This document shows, in pieces, positions 27,401 to 41,008 of a stretch of 64,000 nucleotides of DNA. Below the pieces are notes generated by a model. The model was not told the DNA's origin, did no database searches, and saw nothing but the letters and a program-made list of their open reading frames with translations. This stretch comes from the human T2T-CHM13v2.0 reference genome, Homo sapiens. Numbering within the stretch: the first letter of the stretch is position 1; each line of letters opens with the position of its first letter. The DNA lies in the NCBI GenBank assembly GCA_009914755.4, contig CP068257.2:704001-768000 (forward strand). The letters run 5' to 3'. The position numbers were made by a program, and so were the translations under genes.

Positions 27401-30400
27401 CTCTGCACTGTTAACTGAGGTGATTTAACTCTTGTCTAGGCTGTGCCCACAGGGGGATTGAGACATGTCTCTGCACTGATCCCGAGGTGATCCAACTGTT
27501 GCCTGGTCTCTGCCTACTGGGGACATTGTGACATATCTCTGCACTGATCTCCCAGGTGCTGTAACTTTAGTCTAGGCTCTGGCTACACGGCATTGTGACA
27601 TATCACTGCACAGATCACCCAGGTGATATAAATCTTGTCTAGGCTCTGCCTACAATGGCCTTGTGACATATCTCTGCACTGATCACCCATGTGATATAAC
27701 TCTTCTCTAGGATCTGACCACAGGGTGCTTTGTGGCATTTCCCTGCAATGATCACCCAGGTGATATACCACTTGCCAAGGCTCTGCCTACAGGGGCATTG
27801 CAATGTATCTCTGCACTGATCACCTCGGTCTTGTAACTCTTTTCTAGGATCTGCCCACAGGGTGCCTTGTGACGTATCCCAGCAAGGATTACCCAGGTGA
27901 TGTACCTCTCATCAAGGCTCTGCCTACAGGCACATTGCGATGTATCTCTGCACTGATCACCTAGGTCATGTAACTTTCGTCTAGGCTCTGCCTACGATGG
28001 CATTGTGACATATCTCTGCACTAATCATCCAAGTGATGTAAACCTTGTCTAGGATCTGCCTAAATTAACTTTGTGACATAACCCTGTACTGATCATCCAG
28101 GTGATGGGGCTTTTGTCTAGGCTCTGCCTAAGGGGGTATTGTGACATATTTCTGCATTGATCACCCAGGTGGCGAACTCTTCTCTTGGATCTGCCTATGG
28201 GGGCAATGTGACAAATCTCTGCACTGATCACCCAGGTGATGTAACTGTTGTGTAACCTCTGCCTACAGGGGAATTGTGAGAGATCTCGCCACTGATCACC
28301 CAAGTGATGTAACCATTGTCTAAGCTTTGCGTACAGGGGGCTTTGTGACATACCTTTGCACTGATCACCCAGGTGATGTAACACATCTAAGTTCGGCCTA
28401 AAGGAGCTTTGTGACATATCTCTGCACTGATCACTTAGGTGATGGAACACTTTTATAAGCACTGCCTACAGGGAATTTTGACAAATCTCTGCACTGATCA
28501 CCTAGGTGATGTAACGCTGGTCTACCCTCTGTCCAACGGGGCATTGTGAAATATCTCTGCACTGATCACCCAGGTGATTCAACTCTTGACTAGGATCTGC
28601 CTACAGAGGTTATTGTGAAATATCTCTGCACTGATAAACTAGGTGGTGTAATCCTTATCGAAGCTCTGCCTACAGGGGCGTTTTCACATATCCCTGAAGT
28701 GATGACAAAGGTGATGTAACTCTTGCCTAGGCTTTGCCTATAGGGGTCATAGGACATATATCTGCACTGATCACCCAGGTGATGCAACTCTAGCCTAGGC
28801 TTTGCCTACAGGGGACATTGTGACATATCGCTTCAATGATCACCCATGTGATGCAACTCTTGCCTTGGCTTTGCCTACAGGGGACATTGTGACATATCTC
28901 TGCACTGATCTCCCAGGTGCTGTAACATTAGTCTAGACTCTGGCTACACGGCATTGTGACATATCACTGCACTGATCAACCAGGTGATATAACTCTTGTC
29001 TAGGCCCTGCCTACAGGGGGCTTGTGACATATCTCTGCACTGATCACCCAGGTGATATAACTCTTCTCTAGGATCTGCCTACAGGGTGCTTTGTGACATA
29101 TCCCTGCAATGATCACCCAGGTGATCTAACTCTTGTTTAAGCTCTGCCTAAAGGGGCATTTTGACAGATCTCTGCACTGATCACTCAGGTGATGTAACTA
29201 TTGTCGAGGCTCTGCTTAAAGGGGCCTTGTCACATACCTCTGCACTGATCACCCAGGTGATGTAACTCTTGTCTAGCCTCTGCTTTCACGGCATATTGTG
29301 ACATATCCATGCGCTGATCACCTTAGTGATGTAACACTTGTGTAGGCTCGGCCTACAGGGGAATATTGACATATCTCTGCACTGTTAACCGAGGTGATTT
29401 AACTCTTGTCTAGGCTGTGCCCACAGGGGGATTGAGACATGTCTCTGCACTGATCCCGAGGTGATCCAATTGTTTCCTGGTCTCTGCCTACTGGGGACAT
29501 TGTGACATATCTCTGCACTGATCTCCCAGGTGCTGTAACTTTAGTCTAGGCTCTGGCTACATGGCATTGTGACATATCACTGCACTGAACACCCAGGTGA
29601 TATAAATCTTTTCTAGGCTCTGCCTACAATGGCCTTGTGACATATCTCTGCACTGATCACCCAGGTGATATAACTCTTCTCTAGGATCTGACCACAGGGT
29701 GCTTTGTGGCATTTCCCTGCAATGATCACCCAGGTGATATACCACTTGCCAAGGCTCTGCCTACAGGGGCATTGCAATGTATCTCTGCTCTGATCACCTC
29801 GGTCTTGTAACTCTTTTCTAGGATCTGCCCACAGGGTGCCTTGTGACGTATCCCAGCAAGGATTACCCAGGTGATGTACCTCTCATCAAGGCTCTGCCTA
29901 CAGGCACATTGCGATGTATCTCTGCACTGATCACCTAGGTCATGTAACTTTCGTCTAGGCTCTGCCTACGATGGCATTGTGACATATCTCTGCACTAATC
30001 ATCCAAGTGATGTAACCCTTGTCTAGGATCTGCCTAAATTAACTTTGTGACATAACCCTGTACTGATCATCCAGGTGATGGGGCTTTTGTCTAGGCTCTG
30101 CCTAAGGGGGCTTTGTGACATATTTCTGCATTGATCACCCAGGTGGCGAACTCTTCTCTTGGATCTGCCTATGGGGGCATTGTGACAAATCTCTGCACTG
30201 ATCACCCAGGTGATGTAACTGTTGTGTAACCTCTCCTACAGGGGAATTGTGAGAGATCTCTCCACTGATCACCCAAGTGATGTAACCATTGTCTAGGCTT
30301 TGCGTACAGGGGTCTTTGTGACATACCTTTGCACTGATCACCCAGGTGATGTAACACATCTAAGTTCGGCCTAAAGGAGCTTTGTGACATATCTCTGCAC

Positions 30401-30900
30401 TGATCACTTAGGTGATGGAACACTTTTATAAGCACTGCCTACAGGGAATTTTGACAAATCTCTGCACTGATCACCTAGGTGATGTAACGCTTGTCTACCC
30501 TCTGTCCAACGGGGCATTGTGAAATATCTCTGCACTGATCACCCAGGTGATTCAACTCTTGACTAGGATCTGCCTACAGAGGTTATTGTGAAATATCTCT
30601 GCACTGATAAACTAGGTGGTGTAATCCTTATCGAAGCTCTGCCTACAGGGGCGTTTTCACATATCCCTGAAGTGATGACAAAGGTGATGTAACTCTTGCC
30701 TAGGCTTTGCCTACAGGGGACATAGGACATATATCTGCACTGATCACCCAGGTGATGCAACACTAGCCTAGGCTTTGCCTACAGGGGACATTGTGACATA
30801 TCGCTTCAGTGATCACCCATGTGATGCAACTCTTGCCTTGGCTTTGCCTACAGGGCACATTGTGACATAACTCTGCACTGATCTCCCAGGTGCTGTAACA
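26950..30900. repeat. Two-HOR segment (h-i) duplicated at +7,894. Copy 2.
   Basis: See copy 1. Identity ends near 30870-30965, where H16 switches to an a-type tail. Confidence 0.8.
27401..29374. repeat. H15: HOR copy, 1974 bp, 29-mer, subtype h. Copy of H11.
   Basis: Landmark variant 'ttaactgagg' at 27401. ORFs 27583-27771, 28049-28462 and 28590-28787 are identical or near-identical to the H11 ORFs. Confidence 0.9.
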
Positions 30901-31347
30901 TTAGTCTAGACTCTGGCTACACGGCATTGTGACATATCACTGCACTGATCAACCAGGTGATATAACACTTGTCTAAGCCCTGCCTACAGGGGGCTTGTGA
31001 CATATCTCTGCACTGATCACCCAGGTGATATAACTCTTCTCTAGGATCTGCCTACAGGGTGCTTTGCGACATATCCCTGCAATGATCACCCAGGTGATCT
31101 AACTCTTGTTTAAGCTCTGCCTAAAGGGGCATTGTGACAGACCTCTGCACTGATCACTCAGGTGATGTAAGTATTGTCTAGGCTCTGCTTAAAGGGGCCT
31201 TGTCACATACCTCTGTACTGATCACCCAGGTGATGTAACTCTTGTCTAGCCTCTGCTTTCACTGCATATTGTGACATATCTATGCGCTGATCACCTTAGT
31301 GATGTAACACTTGTGTAGGCTCGGCCTACAGGGGAATATTGACATAT
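29375..31347. repeat. H16: HOR copy, 1973 bp, 29-mer. Chimeric: i-type head, a-type tail.
   Basis: Landmark at 29375. ORFs 30023-30205, 30135-30359 and 30202-30435 match H12. The tail from ~30965 ('tataacacttgtctaagccc') matches the H2 tail at 3537. Confidence 0.85.
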
Positions 31348-33251
31348 CTCTGCACTGTTAACCGAGGTGATTTAACTCTTGTCTAGGCTGTGCCCACAGG
31401 GGAATTGAGACATGTCTCTGCACTGATCCCGAGGTGATCCAACTGTTGCCTGGTCTCTGCCTACTGGGGACATTGTGACATATCTCTGCAGTGATCTCCC
31501 AGGTGCTGTAACTTTAGTCTAGGCTCTGGCTACACGGCTTTGTGAGATATCACTGCACTGATCACCCTGGTGATATAAATCTTGTCTAGGCTCTGCCTAC
31601 AATGGCCTTGTGACATATCTCTGCACTGATCCCCAGGTGATATAACTCTTCTCTAGGATCTGACCACAGGGTGCTTTGTGGCATTTCCCTGCAATGATCA
31701 CCCAGGTGAAATACCACTTGCCAAGGCTCTGCCTACAGGGGCATTGCAATATATCTCTGCACTTATCACCTCGGTCTTGCAACTCTTTTCTAGGATCTGC
31801 CCACAGGGTGCCTTGTGACGTATCCCAGCAAGGATTACCCAGGTGATGTACCTCTCATCAAGGCTCTGCCTACAGGCACATTGCGATGTATCTCTGCACT
31901 GATCACCTAGGTCATGTAACTTTTGTCTAGGCTCTGCCTACGATGGCATTGTGACATATCTCTGCACTAATCATCCAAGTGATGTAACCCTTGTCTAGGA
32001 TCTGCCTAAATTAACTTTGTGACATAACCCTGTACTGATCATCCAGGTGATGGGGCTTTTGTCTAGGCTCTGCCTAAGGGGGCATTGTGACATATTTCTG
32101 CATTGATCACCCAGGTGGCGAACTCTTCTCTTGGATCTGCCTATGGGGGCATTGTGACAAATCTCTGCACTGATAACCAAGGTGATGTAACGGTTGTGTA
32201 ACCTCTGCCTACAGGGGAATTGTGAGAGATCTCGCCACTGATCACCCAAGTGATGAAACCATTGTCTAGGCTTTGCGTACAGGGGGCTTTGTGACATACC
32301 TTTGCACTGATCACCCAGGTGATGTAACACATCTAAGTTCGGCCTAAAGGAGCTTTGTGACATATCTCTGCACTGATCACTTAGGTGATGGAACACTTTT
32401 ATAAGCACTGCCTACAGGGAATTTTGACAAATCTCTGCACTGATCACCTAGGTGATGTAACGCTTGTCTACCCTCTGTCCAACGGGGCATTGTGAAATAT
32501 CTCTGCACTGATCACCCAGGTGATTCAACTCTTGACTAGGATCTGCCTACAGAGGTTATTGTGAAATATCTCTGCACTGATAAACTAGGTGGTGTAATCC
32601 TTATCGAAGCTCTGCCTACAGGGGCGTTTTCACATATCCCTGAAGTGATGACAAAGGTGATGTAACTCTTGCCTAGGCTTTGCCTACAGGGGACATAGGA
32701 CATATATCTGCACTGATCACCCAGGTGATGCAACTGTAGCCTAGGCTTTGCCTACAGGGGACATTGTGACATATCGCTTCAATGATCACCCATGTGATGC
32801 AACTCTTGCCTAGGCTTTGCCTACAGGGGACATTGTGACATATCTCAGCACTGATGTCCCAGGTGCTGTAACATTAGTCTAGACTCTGGCTACACGGCAT
32901 TGTGACATATCACTGCACTGATCAACCAGGTGATATAACTCTTGTCTAGGCTCTGCCTACAGGGGGCTTGTGACATATCCCTGCAATGATCACCCAGGTG
33001 ATCTAACTCTTGTTTAAGCTCTGCCTAAAGGGGCATTGTGACAGATCTCTACACTGATCACTCAGGTGATGTAACTATTGTCTAGGCTCTGCTTAAAGGG
33101 GCCTTGTCACATACCTCTGCACTGATCACCCAGGTGATGTAACTCTTGTCTAGACTCTGCTTTCACGGCATATTGTGACATATCCATGCGCTGATCACCT
33201 TAGTGATGTAACACTTCTGTAGGCTCGGCCTACAGGGGAATATTGACATAT
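31348..33251. repeat. H17: HOR copy, 1904 bp, 28-mer, subtype b. Copy of H3.
   Basis: Landmark at 31348. ORF 31995-32408 is identical to 4571-4984. 'cggctttgtgagatat' variant at ~31545 matches 4111. Confidence 0.9.
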
Positions 33252-35225
33252 CTCTGCACTGTTAACCGAGGTGATTTAACTCTTGTCTAGGCTGTGCCCA
33301 CAGGGGGATTGAGACATGTCTCTGCACTGATCCCGAGGTGATCCAACTGTTGCCTGGTCTCTGCCTACTGGGGACATTGTGACATATCTCTGCACTGATC
33401 TCCCAGGTGCTGTAACTTTAGTCTAGGCTCTGGCTACACGGCATTGTGACATATCACTGCACTGATCACCCAGGTGATATAAATCTTGTCTAGGCTCTGC
33501 CTACAATGGCCTTGTGACATATCACTGCACTGATCACCCAGGTGATATAACTCTTCTCTAGGATCTGACCACAGGGTGCTTTGTGGCATTTCCCTGCAAT
33601 GATCACCCAGGTGATATACCACTTGCCAAGGCTCTGCCTACAGGGGCATTGCAATGTATCTCTGCACTGATCACCTCGTTCTTGTAACTCTTTTCTAGGA
33701 TCTGCCCACAGGGTGCCTTGTGACGTATCCCAGCAAGGATTACCCAGGTGATGTACCTCTCATCAAGGCTCTGCCTACAGGCACATTGCGATGTATCTCT
33801 GCACTGATCACCTAGGTCATGTAACTTTTGTCTAGGCTCTGCCTACGATGGCATTGTGACATATCTCTGCACTAATCATCCAAGTGATGTAACCCTTGTC
33901 TAGGATCTGCCTAAATTAACTTTGTGACATAACCCTGTACTGATCATCCAGGTGATGGGGCTTTTGTCTAGGCTCTGCCTTAAGGGGGCATTGTGACATA
34001 TTTCTGCATTGATCACCCAGGTGGCGAACTCTTCTCTTGGATCTGCCTATGGGGGCATTGTGACAAACCTCTGCACTGATCACCCAGGTGATGTAACTGT
34101 TGTGTAACCTCTGCCTACAGGGGAATTGGGAGAGATCTCGCCACTGATCACCCAAGTGATGTAACCATTGTCTAGGCTTTGCTTACAATGGGCTTTGTGA
34201 CATACCTTTGCACTGATCACCCAGGTGATGTAACACATCTATGTTCGACCTAAAGGAGCTTTGTGACATATCTCTGCACTGATCACTTAGGTGATGGAAC
34301 ACTTTTATAAGCACTGCCTACAGGGAATTTTGACAAATCTCTGCACTGATCACCTAGGTGATGTAACGCTTGTCTACCCTCTGTCCAACGGGGCATTGTG
34401 AAATATCTCTGCACTGATCACCCAGGTGATTCAACTCTTGACTAGTATCTGCCTACAGAGGTTATTGTGAAATATCTCTGCACTGATAAACTAGGTGGTG
34501 TAATCCTTATCGAAGCTCTGCCTACAGGGGCGTTTTCACATATCCCTGAAGTGATGACAAAGGTGATGTAACCCTTGCCTAGGCTTTGCCTACAGGGGAT
34601 ATAAGACATATATCTGCACTGATCACCCAGGTGATGCAACTCTAGCCTAGGCTTTGCCTACAGGGGACATTGTGACATATCGCTTCAATGATCACCCATG
34701 TGATGCAACTCTTGCCTAGGCTTTGCCTACAGGGGACATTGTGACATAAATCTGCACTGATCTCCCAGGTGCTGTAACATTAGTCTAGACTCTGGCTACA
34801 CGGCATTGTGACATATCACTGCACTGATCAACCAGGTGATATAACTCTTGTCTAGGCCCTGCCTACAGGGGGCTTGTGACATATCTCTGCACTGATCACC
34901 CAGGTGATATAACTCTTCTCTAGGATCTGCCTACAGGGTGCTTTGCGACATATCCCTACAATGATCACCCAGGTGATCTAACTCTTGTTTAAGCTCTGCC
35001 TAAAGGGGCATTGTGACAGACCTCTGCACTGATCACTCAGGTGATGTAACTATTGTCTAGGCTCTGCTTAAAGGGGCCTTGTCACATACCTCTGCACTGA
35101 TCACCCAGGTGATGTAACTATTGTCTAGACTCTGTTTCACGGCATATTGTGACATATCTATGCGCTGATCACCTTAGTGATGTAACACTTGTGTAGGCTC
35201 GGCCTACAGGGGAATATTGACATAT
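33252..35225. repeat. H18: HOR copy, 1974 bp, 29-mer, subtype a. Copy of H4.
   Basis: Landmark at 33252. ORFs 33434-33622, 33916-34155 and 34442-34639 match the H4 ORFs. Confidence 0.9.
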
Positions 35226-37199
35226 CTCTGCACTGTTAACCGAGGTGATTTAACTCTTGTCTAGGCTGTGCCCACAGGGGGATTGAGACATGTCTCTGCA
35301 CTGATCCCGAGGTGATCCAACTGTTGCCTGGTCTCTGCCTACTGGGGACATTGTGACATATCTCTGCACTGATCTCCCAGGTGCTGTAACTTTAGTCTAG
35401 GCTCTGGCTACACGGCATTGTGACATATCACTGCACTGATCACCCAGGTGATATAAATGTTGTCTAGGCTCTGCCTACAATGGCCTTGTGACATATCTCT
35501 GCACTGATCACCCAGGTGATATAACTCTTCTCTAGGATCTGACCACAGGGTGCTTTGTGGCATTTCCCTGCAATGATCACCCAGGTGATATACCACTTGC
35601 CAAGGCTCTGCCTACAGGGGCATTGCAATGTATCTCTGCACTGATCACCTCGGTCTTGTAACTCTTTTCTAGGATCTGCCCACAGGGTGCCTTGTGACGT
35701 ATCCCAGCAAGGATTACCCAGGTGATGTACCTCTCATCAAGGCTCTGCCTACAGGCACATTGCGATGTATCTCTGCACTGATCACCTAGGTCATGTAACT
35801 TTTGTCTAGGCTCTGCCTACGATGGCATTGTGACATATCTCTGCACTAATCATCCAAGTGATGTAACCCTTGTCTAGGATCTGCCTAAATTAACGATGCG
35901 ACATAAACCTGTACTGATCATCCAGGTGATGGGGCTTTTGTCTAGGCTCTGCCTAAGGGGGCATTGTGACATATTTCTGCATTGATCACCCAGGTGGCAA
36001 ACTCTTCTCTTGGATCTGCCTATGGTGGCATTGTGACAAATCTCTGCACTGATCACCCAGGTGATGTAACTGTTGTGTAACCTCTGCCTACAGGGGAATT
36101 GTGAGAGATCTCACCACTGATCACCCAAGTGATGTAACCATTGTCTAGGCTTTGCGTACAGGGGGCTTTGTGACATACCTTTGCACTGATCACCCAGGTG
36201 ATGTAACACATCTAAGTTCGGCCTAAAGGAGCTTTGTGACATACCTCTGCACTGATCACTTAGGTGATGGAACACTTTTATAAGCACTGCCTACAGGGAA
36301 TTTTGACAAATCTCTGCACTGATCACCTAGGTGATGTAACGCTTGTCTACCCTCTGTCCAACGGGGCATTGTGAAATATCTCTACATTGATCACCCAGGT
36401 GATTCAACTCTTGACTAGGATCTGCCTACAGAGGTTATTGTGAAATATCTCTGCACTGATAAACTAGGTGGTGTAATCCTTATCGAAGCTCTGCCTACAG
36501 GGGCGTTTTCACATATCCCTGAAGTGATGACAAAGGTGATGTAACCCTTGCCTAGGCTTTGTCTACAGGGGACATAGAACATATATCTGCACTGATCACC
36601 CAGGTGATGCAACTCTAGCCTAGGCTTTGCCTACAGGGGACATTGTGACATATCGCTTCAATGATCACCCATGTGATGCAACTCTTGCCTAGGCTTTGCC
36701 TACAGGGGACATTGTGACATATCTCTGCACTGATCTCCCAGGTGCTGTAACATTAGTCTAGGCTCTGGCTACACGGCATTGTGACATATCACTGCACTGA
36801 TCAACCAGGTGATATAACTCTTGTCTAGGCCCTGCCTACAGGGGGCTTGTGACATATCTCTGCACTGATCACCCAGGTGATATAACTCTTCTCTAGGATC
36901 TGCCTACAGGGTGCTTTGCGACATATCCCTGCAATGATCACCCAGGTGATCTAACTCTTGTTTAAGCTCTGCCTAAGGGGGCATTGTGACAGACCTCTGC
37001 ACTGATCACTCAGGTGATGTAACTATTGTCTAGGCTCTGCTTAAAGGGGCCTTGTCACATACCTCTGTACTGATCACCCAGGTGATGTAACTCTTGTCTA
37101 GCCTCTGCTTTCACGGCATATTGTGACATATCTATGCGCTGATCACCTTAGTGATGTAACACTTGTGTAGGCTCGGCCTACAGGGGAATATTGACATAT
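35226..37199. repeat. H19: HOR copy, 1974 bp, 29-mer, subtype c. Copy of H5.
   Basis: Landmark at 35226. ORFs 35874-36056 and 36415-36612 are identical to 8450-8632 and 8991-9188. Confidence 0.9.
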
Positions 37200-39103
37200 C
37201 TCTGCACTGTTAACCGAGGTGATTTAACTCTTGTCTAGGCTGTGCCCACAGGGGAATTGAGACATGTCTCTGCACTGATCCCGAGGTGATCCAACTGTTG
37301 CCTGGTCTCTGCCTCCTGGGGACATTGTGACATATCTCTGCACTGATCTCCCAGGTGCTGTAAATTTAGTCTAGGCTCTGGCTACACGGCTTTGTGAGAT
37401 ATCACTGCACTGATCACCCAGGTGATATAAACGTTGTCTAGGCTCTGCCTACAATGGCCTTGTGACATATCTCTGCACTGATCACCCAGGTGATATAACT
37501 CTTCTCTAGGATCTGACCACAGGGTGCTTTGTGGCATTTCCCTGCAATGATCACCCAGGTGAAATACCACTTGCCAAGGCTCTGCCTACAGGGGCATTGC
37601 AATATATCTCTGCACTGATCACCTCGGTCTTGCAACTCTTTTCTAGGATCTGCCCACAGGGTGCCTTGTGACGTATCCCAGCAAGGATTACCCAGGTGAT
37701 GTACCTCTCATCAAGGCTCTGCCTACAGGCACATTGCGATGTATCTCTGCACTGATCACCTAGGTCATGTAACTTTTGTCTAGGCTCTGCCTACGATGGC
37801 ATTGTGACATATCTCTGCACTAATCATCCAAGTGATGTAACCCTTGTCTAGGATCTGCCTAAATTAACTTTGTGACATAACCCTGTACTGATCATCCAGG
37901 TGATGGGGCTTTTGTCTAGGCTCTGCCTAAGGGGGCATTGTGACATATTTCTGCATTGATCACCCAGGTGGCGAACTCTTCTCTTGGATCTGCCTATGGG
38001 GGCATTGTGACAAATCTCTGCACTGATAACCCAGGTGATGTAACGGTTGTGTGACCTCTGCCTACAGGGGAATTGTGAGAGATTTCGCCACTGATCACCC
38101 AAGTGATGAAACCATTGTCTAGGCTTTGCGTACAGGGGGCTTTGTGACATACCTTTGCACTGATCACCCAGGTGATGTAACACATCTAAGTTCGGCCTAA
38201 AGGAGCTTTGTGACATATCTCTGCACTGATCACTTAGGTGATGGAACACTTTTATAAGCACTGCCTACAGGGAATTTTGACAAATCTCTGCACTGATCAC
38301 CTAGGTGATGTAACGCTTGTCTACCCTCTGTCCAACGGGGCATTGTGAAATATCTGTGCACAGATCACCCAGGTGATTCAACTCTTGACTAGGATCTGCC
38401 TACAGAGGTTATTGTGAAATATCTCGGCACTGATAAACTAGGTGGTGTAATCCTTATCGAAGCTCTGCCTACAGGGGCGTTTTCACATATCCCTGAAGTG
38501 ATGACAAAGGTGATGTAACTCTTGCCTAGGCTTTGCCTACAGGGGACATAGGACATATATCTGCACTGATCACCCAGGTGATGCAACTGTAGCCTAGGCT
38601 TTGCCTACAGGGGACATTGTGACATATCGCTTCAATGATCACCCATGTGATGCAACTCTTGCCTAGGCTTTGCCTACAGGGGACATTGTGACATATCTCA
38701 GCACTGATGTCCCAGGTGCTGTAACATTAGTCTAGACTCTGGCTACACGGCATTGTGACATATCACTGCACTGATCAACCAGGTGATATAACTCTTGTCT
38801 AGGCTCTGCCTACAGGGGGCTTGTGACATATCCCTGCAATGATCACCCAGGTGATCTAACTCTTGTTTAAGCTCTGCCTAAAGGGGCATTGTGACAGACC
38901 TCTGCACTGATCACTCAGGTGATGTAACTATTGTCTAGACTCTGCTTAAAGGGGCCTTGTCACATACCTCTGCACTGATCACCCAGGTGATGTAACTCTT
39001 GTCTAGACTCTGTTTCACGGCATATTGTGACATATCTATGCGCTGATCACCTTAGTGATGTAACACTTGTGTAGGCTCGGCCTACAGGGGAATATTGACA
39101 TAT
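37200..39103. repeat. H20: HOR copy, 1904 bp, 28-mer, subtype b. Copy of H6.
   Basis: Landmark at 37200. ORFs 37382, 37438 and 37848-38261 ('RSHNRYITWVIS') match H6. Confidence 0.9.
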
Positions 39104-41008
39104 CTCTGCACTGTTAACCGAGGTGATTTAACTCTTGTCTAGGCTGTGCCCACAGGGGGATTGAGACATGTCTCTGCACTGATCCCGAGGTGATCCAACT
39201 GTTGCCTGGTCTCTGCCTACTGGGGACATTGTGACATATCTCTGCACTGATCTCCCAGGTGCTGTAACTTTAGTCTAGGCTCTGGCTACACGGCATTGTG
39301 ACATATCACTGCACTGATCACCCAGGTGATATAAATCTTGTCTAGGCTCTGCCTACAATGGCCTTGTGACATATCTCTGCACTGATCACCCAGGTGATAT
39401 AACTATTCTCTAGGATCTGACCACAGGGTGCTTTGTGGCATTTCCCTGCAATGATCACCCAGGTGATATACCACTTGCCAAGGCTCTGCCTACAGGGGCA
39501 TTGCAATGTATCTCTGCACTGATCACCTCGGTCTTGTAACTCTTTTCTAGGATCTGCCCACAGGGTGCCTTGTGACGTATCCCAGCAAGGATTACCCAGG
39601 TGATGTACCTCTCATCAAGGCTCTGCCTACAGGCACATTGCGATGTATCTCTGCTCTGATCACCTAAGTCATGTAACTTTTGTCTAGGCTCTGCCTACGA
39701 TGGCATTGTGACAAATCTCTGCACTAATCATCCAAGTGATGTAACACTTGTCTAGGATCTGCCTAAAGTAACTTTGTGACATAACCCTGTACTGATCATC
39801 CAGGTGATGCGGCTTTTGTCTAGGCTCTGCCTAAGGGGGCATTGTGACATATTTCTGCATTGATCACCCAGGTGGCGAACTCTTCTCTTGGATCTGCCTA
39901 TGGGGGCATTGTGACAAATCTCTGCACTGATCACCCAGGTGATGTAACTGTTGTGTAACCTCTGCCTACAGGGGAATTGTGTGAGATCTCGCCACTGATC
40001 ACCCAAGTGATGTAACCATTGTCTAGGCTTTGCGTAAAGGGGGCTTTGTGACATACCTTTGCACTGATCACCCAGGTGATGTAACACATCTAAGTTCGGC
40101 CTAAAGGAGCTTTGTGACATATCTCTGCACTGATCACTTAGGTGATGGAACACTTTTATAAGCACTGCCTACAGGGAATTTTGACAAATCTCTGCACTGA
40201 TCACCTAGGTGATGTAACGCTTGTCTACCCTCTGTCCAACGGGGCATTGTGAAATATCTCTGCACTGATCACCCAGGTGATTCAACTATTGACTAGGATC
40301 TGCCTACAGAGGTTATTGTGAAATATCTCTGCACTGATAAACTAGGTGGTGTAATCCTTATCGAAGCTCTGCCTGCAGGGGCGTTTTCACATATCCCTGA
40401 ATTGATGACAAAGGTGATGTAACCCTTGCCTAGGCTTTGCCTACAGGGGACATAGGACATATATCTGCACTGATCACCCAGGTGATGCAACTCTAGCCTA
40501 GGCTTTGCCTACAGGGGACATTGTGACATATCTCTGCACTGATCTCCCAGGTGCTGTAACATTAGTCTAGACTCTGGCTACACGGCATTGTGACATATCA
40601 CTGCACTGATCAACCAGGTGATATAACTCTTGTCTAGGCCCTGACTACAGGGGGCTTGTGACATATCTCTGCACTGATCACCCAGGTGATATAACTCTTC
40701 TCTAGGGTCTGCCTACAGGGTGCTTTGCGACATATCCCTGCAATGATCACCCAGGTGATCTAACTCTTGTTTAAGCTCTGCCTAAAGGGGCATTGTGACA
40801 GACCTCTGCACTGATCACTCAGGTGATGTAACTATTGTCTAGGCTCTGCTTAAAGGGGCCTTGTCACATACCTCTGCACTGATAACCCAGGTGATGTAAC
40901 TCTTGTCTAGCCTCTGCTTTCACGGCATATTGTGACATATCTATGCGCTGATCACCTTAGTGATGTAACACTTGTGTAGGCTCGGCCTACAGGGGAATAT
41001 TGACATAT
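39104..41008. repeat. H21: HOR copy, 1905 bp, 28-mer, subtype d. Copy of H7.
   Basis: Landmark at 39104. ORFs 39752-40165 and 40293-40490 match H7. Confidence 0.9.
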
